From assembly GCA_016124645.1 (NCBI GenBank), contig WGNE01000002.1:23334-87333 (forward strand): DNA of 64,000 nt. The letters are read 5' to 3'. This document shows, piece by piece, positions 44,123-51,781 of this stretch; position 1 is the stretch's first letter, and the number at the start of each line of letters is the position of its first letter. The translations under genes and the position numbers were made by a program. The notes under the pieces are model-generated. The model made no database searches and was not told the origin of the DNA. It saw only the letters and a list, made by a program, of their open reading frames with translations. This DNA is from Alphaproteobacteria bacterium. GTDB taxonomy: Bacteria; Pseudomonadota; Alphaproteobacteria; Micavibrionales; UBA2020.

Positions 44123-45402
44123 TTTTTGAACATTTTCGGCATGTCCTGCCAGCAGGCGTGATAGTCGCCCTGCAACCCGTTGTTCAGCGCGAATTTCGTG
44201 GGGCGCATGACGAAGCGGCTTTCGAACATGAAGGCGAGCGTGTTTTTCAGGTACTCGGGCTTCAGGTCGGCGTTCATGGCCTTGTCGAGCACGGCGCTGT
44301 CCGGCCCGTGGGCGCTCATGCAGTTGTGCAGGGAATAGCCGCCGGGGGTGAAGCCGCCTTTTTCCTTCGCGTCATAAACGCCGTGGATGAGCCCCATGAA
44401 CTCGCTCATGATGTTGCGGTGGAAATAGGGCGGGCGGAAGGTATGCTCGGCCACCATCCAGCGCGGCGGGAAGATGACGAAATCCACGTTCGCCACGCCC
44501 GGCGTGCCCGAGGGCGAGGTCAGCACGGTGAAGATGGAGGGGTCCGCATGGTCGAAGCTGACGGTGTTGATGGTCATGAATTCGGCAAGGTCGTATTTGT
44601 AAGGCGCGCAATTGCCGTGCCAGCCCACGACGTCGAGCGGCGAATGGTCGATCTTCGCCTGCCATAGCGCGCCGTCGAACTTGGCGATGAGGGTGAAGTC
44701 GCCCGCCTTGTCCTCGTATGCCGCGACCGGATAGAGGAAGTGGCGCGGATAGGCCAATCCGTTGGAACCGATGGGGCCGAGGTCGGGCAGGGTGAAGGGC
44801 GCGCCGTGGTTTTCGCAGACGTAGCCACGCGCCTGACCGTCATCCAGATCGACGGCGAAGCGCACGCCGCGCGGGATGACGGCGATCTCGCCGGGTTTGG
44901 CCTGCAGCACGCCCATTTCCGTGCGGAAGGTCAGCGCGCCCTGCTGGGGCACGAAAAGCATTTCGCCGTCCGCGCTGTAGAAATAGCGTCCGTCCATGTT
45001 CGCGTTGGCGGCATAGATATGCACCGAAAGACCTGCCCAGCTGTGCGCGTCGCCGCCGCAGGCGATCGTGCGCATCCCGTCGATGATGTCGGCCTTGCCG
45101 TCGGGCGCGGGCATGGGGTCCCAGCGCATCTGGTCGGGGGAAGCGTTCGCGCCGTTCTCGCTCAAAAAGCTGTCGTGCTTGTAGCGCGTGAAGGCCTGCT
45201 GCCTGACCGAGGGCAGGATGCGGTACAGCCACGTGCGCAGCTGGTTTTTCTGCGGCACGGTGAAGGCGCTGCCGCTCAGCTGTTCGGCGTAAAGGCCGAG
45301 GGCGGGTTTCTGCGGCGAGTTCTGCCCCTTGGGCAGCGCGCCCTTTTCGGCTTCGGTTTCAAAGGTGTTGCCGAAGCCGGACTGGTACTGCACGGCGGTC
45401 AT
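44119..45402 (-). CDS. hmgA: homogentisate 1,2-dioxygenase
   Basis: [27 protein letters not shown]...[13 protein letters not shown]-terminus and a 427-aa cupin body typical of HmgA. Confidence 0.95.
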
Positions 45403-45406
45403 GGTT

Positions 45407-46495
45407 TTACGATGCCGCCTTTTTGGATTTCGCGTCCTCGGGCTTCAGCACGCCGCGGCGGATCTGGTCTTCCTCAAGGGATTCGAACAGCGCCTGGAAA
45501 TTGCCTTCGCCGAAGCCTTCGTTGCCCTTGCGTTGGATGATTTCGTAGAAGATGGGGCCGATGGCGTCCTTGGTGAAGATCTGCAAAAGCAGGCCTTGCC
45601 CCTCGGTCGGCGCGCCGTCCACGAGGATGTTGAGCGCCTGCATTTCCTTCAGGTCCTCGCCGTGGCCGGGCACGCGGGTATCGACTTTTTCGTAGTAGGT
45701 GCCGGGCGTTTCCTGGAAGTCGATGCCGGTTTTTTCCAGCGCGCGCACGGTGTCGTAAATGCCCGCGGTGCCCAGCGCGATGTGCTGGATGCCTTCGCCC
45801 GCGTAGCGTTTCAGGAATTCCTCGATCTGCGACTTGTCGTCGGAGGATTCGTTGATGGGAATGCGGATCTTGCCGCAGGGGCTGGTCATGGCCTTGGACT
45901 TCAGGCCGGTCAGCTTGCCTTCGATGTCGAAGTAGCGGATCTCGCGGAAGTTGAACAGGTCGGTGTAGAAATCCGCCCATTTCGCCATGTTGCCGCGGTT
46001 CACGTTGTGGGTGAGGTGGTCGATGTAGGTGAGGCCCGCGCCGGGGTTGGGCGCCTTGTCGATGATGTCGAAATCGACCTCATAGATGGAGCCCTTGTCG
46101 CCGTAGCGATCGACGAGGTAGAGGACGGAGCCGCCGATGCCCTCGATGGCGGGGATGGTCAGCTCGCCGGGGCCGACCTTGCCGGTCACTTCCTTCACGC
46201 CTTTTTCCTTCGCATGGGCCAGCGCCTTGGCCGCGTCCTTCACGCGGAAGGCCATCGCCATCGCGCCGCCGGCGTTGTTGCGCGCCTTGGCGAATTCCAG
46301 CGCCTCGGGCTCGGCGTTGAGGATGAAGTTGATGTCGCCCTGCTGCCAGAGCGTGACCTTCTTGGACTTGTGAACGCCGGTTTTCTTGAAGCCGAGGCTG
46401 GTGAACAGGGTTTCAAGCTCTTGCGGGTTGGTGTGGCAATACTCGACGAACTCGAAGCCGTCGGTGCCCATCGGGTTTTCAAACAGGTCGGCCAT
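45407..46495 (-). CDS. hppD: 4-hydroxyphenylpyruvate dioxygenase
   Basis: [19 protein letters not shown]..., GIQHIAL and QIFT...[10 protein letters not shown]...[14 protein letters not shown] motifs. 362 aa. Confidence 0.95.
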   Translation of the reverse strand: MADLFENPMGTDGFEFVEYCHTNPQELETLFTSLGFKKTGVHKSKKVTLWQQGDINFILNAEPEALEFAKARNNAGGAMAMAFRVKDAAKALAHAKEKGVKEVTGKVGPGELTIPAIEGIGGSVLYLVDRYGDKGSIYEVDFDIIDKAPNPGAGLTYIDHLTHNVNRGNMAKWADFYTDLFNFREIRYFDIEGKLTGLKSKAMTSPCGKIRIPINESSDDKSQIEEFLKRYAGEGIQHIALGTAGIYDTVRALEKTGIDFQETPGTYYEKVDTRVPGHGEDLKEMQALNILVDGAPTEGQGLLLQIFTKDAIGPIFYEIIQRKGNEGFGEGNFQALFESLEEDQIRRGVLKPEDAKSKKAAS

Positions 46496-46715
46496 GATGT
46501 CTCACTCCTTGGAATTTTCTGCTTCTATGCAATGATATATAACGATTTCTGCGTTGGAGTATTCCCTTTTTCACGCGGGAATTCAAGACCGGTGCGGGGC
46601 GCAGGACGCGCGGGCGGGCGCCAAAAACCCTGTCTTTACAAGCAACAGGCAATTATTTATTCTTTTTTCGGAATACTACGGTAAACGAAGCGCCAGAAAA
46701 AGCTGACAGGTACGA

Positions 46716-47648
46716 ATGGAACAGGAAGAACGGGGCCGCATGTCCCTCCCGCTTATTGCGCCGCAGCAATGCGACCTCAACGTCAGCTTCGAATTTTTTC
46801 CGCCCAAGACGGAAAAGATGGAAGAGACGCTCTGGCAGTCGCTGGACGTGCTGGCGCCCCTGAAGCCGCGCTTCGTTTCCGTCACCTACGGCGCGGGCGG
46901 CACCACGCGCCAGCGCACGCATGACATCGTCCGCCGCATTCAGGGCAAGACGGGGCTGAACACCGCAGCCCATCTCACCTGCGTCGCCGCCACGCGCGAG
47001 CAGATCGACGAGATAGCGCGCGTCTATTGGGAAGCGGGCATCCGCCACATCGTCGCGCTGCGCGGCGACCCGCCGGGCGGGATGGACGGAAAATACACGC
47101 CCGTGCCGGACGGCTACGCCTATGCCGGCGACCTCGTCGAGGGGCTGAAGAAGATCGCGGATTTCGAGATCAGCGTCGCGGGCTATCCCGAGACGCACCC
47201 GGAGGCGGTGAACGCGCAGATGGACCTTTTGAACCTCAAGCGCAAGGTGGACGCGGGCGCGGACCGCGTCGTCACCCAGTTCTTCATGGAGCCGGAGGCT
47301 TTCCTGAGCTTCCGCGACCGCGCGGCGGCGGCGGGGATTGCCGTGCCCATCGTGCCCGGCATCCTGCCCATCACCAATTTCAACCGCACGGTGGAATTCG
47401 CCAAGAGCTGCGGCGCGGCCGTGCCGGAATGGATGTACACGCTGTTCGAGGGGCTGGACGACCAGCCCGCCACCCGCCGCCTCGTCGCCGCGACCGTGGC
47501 GGCGGAGCAATGCCGCGTGCTCTACGAAAACGGCGTGCGCGATTTCCACTTCTACACCCTCAACCGCGCCGAGCTGACGCAGGCCATCTGCCACATGCTG
47601 GGGATGCGCCCGCAGCGCAAGGCGGCGGCGAAGAAAGCGGCTTCCTGA
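46716..47648 (+). CDS. metF: methylenetetrahydrofolate reductase
   Basis: VSFEFFPPKT...FVSVTYGAGGTTRQRTH...HLTC...ALRGD motifs. 310 aa. Confidence 0.9.
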   Translation: MEQEERGRMSLPLIAPQQCDLNVSFEFFPPKTEKMEETLWQSLDVLAPLKPRFVSVTYGAGGTTRQRTHDIVRRIQGKTGLNTAAHLTCVAATREQIDEIARVYWEAGIRHIVALRGDPPGGMDGKYTPVPDGYAYAGDLVEGLKKIADFEISVAGYPETHPEAVNAQMDLLNLKRKVDAGADRVVTQFFMEPEAFLSFRDRAAAAGIAVPIVPGILPITNFNRTVEFAKSCGAAVPEWMYTLFEGLDDQPATRRLVAATVAAEQCRVLYENGVRDFHFYTLNRAELTQAICHMLGMRPQRKAAAKKAAS

Positions 47649-47669
47649 AAAATTTTTGCGGCTTGCGCC

Positions 47670-48824
47670 TCAGCGTCCCGGCGGTTTCGGTCCGGCGGGC
47701 TTGTTCTTGGGCGCGTCCTCCGGCGCGGCGGGGGCGGGGGTGAAGCCCTGCCGTTGCTTGCGGTAGGTGTCGATGAAATGGCCGATGGCGTAGGGCACTT
47801 CGGGTTTCGGCGTCTGGACGATCATGTTCTTCAGCGTCTTCATGCCGTCTTCCGAGCCGTCGATGCGGCGGAAGGCTTCCAGCGCCTGATCGACGCGGGC
47901 CTTGAACTGCAGCTCGTTCTGCGTGAAATCGCCGAGGCCGCGGTTCATCAGGTCGTAAAGCCCCTCGGCGTGGAGCACGGCGCAGGTGATCTCGCACTGG
48001 GTGAGGAAGCCGTCGAAATCCTTCGTGTCCATGCCATAGGCCTTGAGCTGGCGCAGGATGACTTCGGCCTGCTGCAACGACCGCTCCGCGTCCTGCATCA
48101 GCGCGCCCTGACCGAGGTCGTGGTAGTTTTTGCAATAGTCCTGCATGTTCTTGTGCGCGGCCTCGATATGATCGACGAAACCGTCGAGCAGGTTCATCAT
48201 CCGCACGCCGGCAAGGGCGGCGTCGAAATCCGTCTTCTGCGCGGCGCGGGTGAACTGGTCGAGCAGGAAATGGGTCTGCGGCACTTTCTCCGCCGGGCCG
48301 GTGCCGTCGAATTCATTGTCCGGGCGCTGCAGGTTGTCGTTGGCGCTTTCCACGTCCTTTTCAAGGAAGGTGCAGCCAAGGGGCAGGGCGCGCGGGCCGG
48401 GGCGCGGGTGGGGCAGGCCGGTTTCATCGAAGACGTAGCCCTCGCGCTCGGCGAAGGCCTTGTAGTGGATGAAGCCCATCATCGGCGCGTCGGGGATGGA
48501 GGTCGCGTAAAGCGCGGCCTGCTTTTTCAGCTCGGCCTCTTTTTCGGCCAGAATCTTCACCGCCTCGGCGAAACTGATCTTCCGCTTCACGGCGCTGACC
48601 GTGGTCTTGTTCTTGTCCTTCACGGGGTGGAAGGAGGCGTCGTGCACGTTCACGACCTTGGCCACGCTCCAGGTCTTCTTGACGGGGTCGTCCATGACGG
48701 CCTCGTAATGGATGTGGCAGCTGCCCGAGGCGCGGTTCTTCAGCGCCATGGTTTCCGTGCGGCAATAGATGCCGAAAATCGGGTTCAGGTTGCGTTCAGG
48801 CGGTAGGTTATGGCTGGCGCTCAT
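47670..48824 (-). CDS. hypothetical protein
   Basis: 384-aa ORF with ordinary (not Arg/Gly-skewed) composition and no signal peptide or TM. Pro/Lys-rich C-terminal tail. No motif I recognise. Confidence 0.55.
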   Translation of the reverse strand: MSASHNLPPERNLNPIFGIYCRTETMALKNRASGSCHIHYEAVMDDPVKKTWSVAKVVNVHDASFHPVKDKNKTTVSAVKRKISFAEAVKILAEKEAELKKQAALYATSIPDAPMMGFIHYKAFAEREGYVFDETGLPHPRPGPRALPLGCTFLEKDVESANDNLQRPDNEFDGTGPAEKVPQTHFLLDQFTRAAQKTDFDAALAGVRMMNLLDGFVDHIEAAHKNMQDYCKNYHDLGQGALMQDAERSLQQAEVILRQLKAYGMDTKDFDGFLTQCEITCAVLHAEGLYDLMNRGLGDFTQNELQFKARVDQALEAFRRIDGSEDGMKTLKNMIVQTPKPEVPYAIGHFIDTYRKQRQGFTPAPAAPEDAPKNKPAGPKPPGR

Positions 48825-48952
48825 GCGGGCGGGTCATCCTGCGTGTTGTCGAAATCTCTGTATTTAGGAAGATATATGTATATCAGAGGCTTGATACGGG
48901 GTCAATTTGGAATCCGGCGGCTTTTTCATGTGAAAAAGCGTTCAAAAACAAA

Positions 48953-48999
48953 CCGCTGCCGCCCGTCCGCGGATGCCGGGCGGGAGCGGCTGGATTTTT
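48953..48999. terminator. orphan terminator-like hairpin with U-runs on both strands
   Basis: CCGCTGCCGCCCG / CGGGCGGGAGCGG (13 bp, one mismatch). On the plus strand it is followed by GGATTTTT; on the minus strand by TTTGTTTTT. No annotated gene ends here. Confidence 0.35.
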
Positions 49000-49206
49000 G
49001 CCCGCCGCCACCTATCTTGAGCTGTGCAGGCGGTGTACGCCTGCGGCAATAAAGTGAATGATTTCAAGTGCTTTTTTGCGTACAAGGGCAATCTTGCCAC
49101 CATTAAGACTTTGTCAGCCTTTGGTGTTTAGAATGAAAAATGAGACAGGTATGCCCTGATTTAAGCGTCTGTTGCGTTATTTGTGGATAAGCAGGAAAGT
49201 TTTTGA

Positions 49207-49344
49207 ATGGTGGAAGTATTGCTGGCGTTACTCATGAGCGGAGGGCTGATCGCCGCCGCGGAGCGCAGACGCAGGAAACTGGCCGAAGCGAAAGCGAAGG
49301 CCGAAGGGGCGAAGACGGGCCGCAGCCACAGGGCGCGCCGCTGA
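49207..49344 (+). CDS. possible small membrane protein (45 aa)
   Basis: Not in the ORF track (below its size range). ATG preceded by AGGAAAG. MVEVLLALLMSGGLIAAA hydrophobic helix followed by an Arg/Lys-rich tail. Weak support. Confidence 0.2.
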   Translation: MVEVLLALLMSGGLIAAAERRRRKLAEAKAKAEGAKTGRSHRARR

Positions 49345-49595
49345 CCTGTCCCCTTTAAGGAATGCCGGGGCGCGCGGAGCCATCAGGGCGGCGCACCCGA
49401 TACGCCCGGCAGGGCGTCGGCAGCGAGGGCGCGTGAAGAGCGCGCACAGGGCACGCGGCTTTTTGTAAGCGCGCAGTGCGGAACTGAACCATACATGAAT
49501 GACGGCAAGGCGTGCGCGTGCCTGAAGTGCAATGCGCGGGTCACGAAACGCGGATGCTGCGCGTGCTTGCCCGACCGAGAAGAGAGGAAAACGAC

Positions 49596-49928
49596 ATGAC
49601 CGATATGACCTATATATCCCCCCCGGCGCTGCCGGATGAGGATGACGACAACAAGGTGTCCGTCATCACCGTCAACTTCAAGGAAGGCGCGATCGTCGGC
49701 AAGGTCCAGTTCGACGGCGAAGGCGGCATTCCCAAGTTCCTGCGCGACATGGCGAAATTCGCCAAGCAGGACAAGGTGAAATCCGTGGTCGTCCTGACCA
49801 TCAACGAGGACCAGCACGTCGATTGGGTGCATGTGGCCGATTCCGAGCATCACCTCGCGCTGGCCGCGCTGTGCCTCGACGACATCAAGGAAGAGCTGAA
49901 GGGCGCCATCTTCAGGGATGACGAATAA
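49596..49928 (+). CDS. hypothetical small acidic protein
   Basis: I place the start at MTDMTYIS (GAGAGG lies ~9 nt upstream). 110 aa, followed by a terminator. No recognisable motif. Confidence 0.5.
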   Translation: MTDMTYISPPALPDEDDDNKVSVITVNFKEGAIVGKVQFDGEGGIPKFLRDMAKFAKQDKVKSVVVLTINEDQHVDWVHVADSEHHLALAALCLDDIKEELKGAIFRDDE

Positions 49929-49964
49929 TCCCGCTTTCAAGGAACTCCCGTAAAAAACATTCGT

Positions 49965-49992
49965 CCCGCAATATCGCTTGCGGGGCTTTTTT
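49965..49992 (+). terminator. rho-independent terminator
   Basis: Stem CCCGCAA / TTGCGGG (49965-49971 / 49978-49984), followed by GCTTTTTT. Confidence 0.55.
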
Positions 49993-50018
49993 ACGGCTTG
50001 GCAGTTCGCTGTAAAAAG

Positions 50019-50151
50019 CCCCTCTCCCGCGTGCGGGAGAGGGCGGGGGGAGAGGGTGGCTTTCAGGGGGCTTTATATCTGCAAGTCTTCCGCAATTTTT
50101 CCATTTCTCCAATTCCCTCTCCCTAACCCTCTCCCGCAAGCGGGAGAGGGG
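50019..50151. repeat. composite palindromic repeat element, locus 4 (2 cores in inverted arrangement around an AT-rich spacer)
   Basis: A core at 50020-50043 is followed by GGGGGGAGAGGG. After a ~58-nt AT-rich spacer comes CCCTCTCCCTAA plus a core at 50127-50150. Confidence 0.85.
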
Positions 50152-50175
50152 ACAAAGGGGGCTTTTTTACGCGCG

Positions 50176-50205
50176 AAGAAAAAGGCCGCTTGCGCGGCCT
50201 TTTTC
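50176..50205. terminator. bidirectional rho-independent terminator
   Basis: GGCCGC-TTGC-GCGGCC hairpin (50184-50199), flanked by GAAGAAAAA and TTTTT. It lies 25 nt beyond the stop of the minus-strand gene 50230..50757. Confidence 0.55.
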
Positions 50206-50229
50206 CTGTATGCGTGAAGGACGGGCGGC

Positions 50230-50757
50230 TTATTCGCCGGAATCGTCCGACCCGGTGTTGGTGTTGCCGCCGTCGCGGTGGCGGTTCAGCCATTCATGGC
50301 GCCGCTGGTTGCGGTCCTGATGGCGGTCCATGCGGTCGGTGTGGCGCTCGCGCCAGTCCTGGCGGCGGTCGCGGCGGTCGTGGTGCATGTCCTTCTGGTC
50401 ATGCCCCCAGTCGCGGCGGTCCTGATGCATGTCCTTTTTGTCGCCGTGCATGTCTTTCTTGTCGCCGCGCCACTCTTTGCGGTCGTCGTGCATGGCGTCC
50501 TTGTCGCCGTCCTTGCGGTCATCGCGCCAGTCCTTGCGGTCGTCGTGCAGGTCCTTCTTGTCGCCGCGCACGTCGCGCTTGTCGCTGCGCCAGTCCTGGC
50601 GGTCGTCGCGCATGTCGCGGTGGTCGCTGCGCATGTCGCGGTTGTCGCGGTGGATCTCGCGGCTGTCGTGTCGCATATGATGGTTTTCCTGCGCGAGGGC
50701 GAGGCCGGGAAGCATGACGGCCGCCGTCAGCATGGAAAGGAAGGTTGCTTTTTTCAT
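50230..50757 (-). CDS. secreted heptad-repeat protein rich in Asp/Arg/Lys/His with one Met/Trp per repeat
   Basis: I place the start at MKKATFLSMLTAAVMLPGLALA (signal peptide). The mature region is ~14 tandem heptads such as KKDMHGD, RKDWRDD, RRDWGHD, QKDMHHD. AGGAGA Shine-Dalgarno sequence upstream. Confidence 0.65.
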   Translation of the reverse strand: MKKATFLSMLTAAVMLPGLALAQENHHMRHDSREIHRDNRDMRSDHRDMRDDRQDWRSDKRDVRGDKKDLHDDRKDWRDDRKDGDKDAMHDDRKEWRGDKKDMHGDKKDMHQDRRDWGHDQKDMHHDRRDRRQDWRERHTDRMDRHQDRNQRRHEWLNRHRDGGNTNTGSDDSGE

Positions 50758-51192
50758 GTCGGTATCTCCTGTAAAATTTTCAAAACCAAATCCGTTTGAT
50801 GCGGCGGAGGACGCCCGGGGAAGACGCGGGGTTTTTCCGCACATACTTAAATTATACAGGGATGATGAAAGCCCGGCCATGCGGTAAATTTTTTTTATTT
50901 TCTTCGCGCAGGGTATTTCGTTTCATCCGTATCAGAGACAGCGGCATCTTTCGACCGGACGCAGCCCAGCCATGGGCCGCGCCGTTTTTCGTGCGCGCGT
51001 TTCGGGAAAATTCAGGGAGGAAATCCGGGAGAAAATTAAGGTTGTCTTAACCTCAGGCGGCCCGCTCCCGGCGACAAGATCGTGGGCATGATCTTGCCGG
51101 CTTGCCGGTTGGCGCGGCGACGCCTCGGGGGAGAACGTCGGCGGTGCGCCAGCGGCACAACAGTCCGGGAGCAGGCACCCTGGTGCAGACGG

Positions 51193-51630
51193 TCACTGCA
51201 GGCTGTTGAGTACCGATAGTATGTCGTTCGGCCGGAAAGGCTTGTTGATGGTTTCCGTGGCGCCGAGCTGCCGCGCCAGATCCAGATAGTTCGCGTTCCG
51301 GCGCGTCCCCCCGCCGGACATGGCGATGATCTTGACATTGGGATTGGCGGCGCGCATTTCCGCGATGGTTTCCAGCCCTTCCTGCTCGGGCATGATGATG
51401 TCGGTGATGATGATGTCGGGGACTTCGCGCCGGAACGCCATGAGCCCCGTGTAGCCGTTGCAGGCCTCGACCGTGCTGTAGTCCATCTTCCTCAGCAGGT
51501 TGCACAGGGTGAGGCGTGTCAGCGTGTCGTCCTCGATGACCAAGACCTTGACGCGGCTCTTGCCGTCCGTTTCGTCAGTGGCGTTCATGTGCCCCTCCAT
51601 TCTGTCTTCGGCCCGTTGCCTGTTATTCAT
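51193..51630 (-). CDS. CheY-like single-domain response regulator
   Basis: KVLVIEDD, PDIIITDIIMP, KIIAMSGGG and INKPF receiver motifs. Start uncertain among Met1, Met11 and Met15. Confidence 0.85.
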   Translation of the reverse strand: MNNRQRAEDRMEGHMNATDETDGKSRVKVLVIEDDTLTRLTLCNLLRKMDYSTVEACNGYTGLMAFRREVPDIIITDIIMPEQEGLETIAEMRAANPNVKIIAMSGGGTRRNANYLDLARQLGATETINKPFRPNDILSVLNSLQ

Positions 51631-51781
51631 GATTCCAGTCTAGCAAGCGGCTGTTGCATGCAGACGGCAGCCGTATTGCAGGCATGTAGCGAATTGTTTC
51701 AGCAATGTTTCAGCGGGTGCAGGCAGGCAGGCGGGCGGGGCGGGGCGCGCGGCGTTCAGGCGTTAAAATCGCCCTTCTTAA

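Noticed and set aside
46496-46715. A possible SAM-II/SAM-V-type riboswitch upstream of metF, suggested by a U-tract (CTTTTTTC at ~46670) and a downstream GAAAAAGCT just before the start codon.
   Set aside because: I could only pair 6-7 nt and could not reconstruct the P1 helix or the conserved core from memory. The resemblance rests on an A/U run and AAAGCU alone. It needs an Infernal scan, and I am not reporting it as a feature.
49383-49940. A 185-aa minus-strand ORF covering the 49.4-49.9 kb region.
   Set aside because: It is antisense to the better-supported 110-aa plus-strand ORF, which has a Shine-Dalgarno sequence and a downstream terminator. Its composition is biased and it has no motifs.
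50190-50799. Plus-strand ORFs of 175 and 173 aa (Arg/Cys/Gly-rich or Val/Ala/His-rich) overlapping the heptad-repeat gene.
   Set aside because: They are frame-shifted or antisense readings of the 21-bp periodic DNA. Only the minus-strand frame has a Shine-Dalgarno sequence, a signal peptide and a terminator.
51040-51192. A weak resemblance of AAGCCGGCAAGATCATGCC (minus strand) to a cobalamin-riboswitch B12 box.
   Set aside because: The match needs indels. The upstream GGGAA and GGUG-AAUCC elements are absent. The downstream gene has no link to cobalamin.
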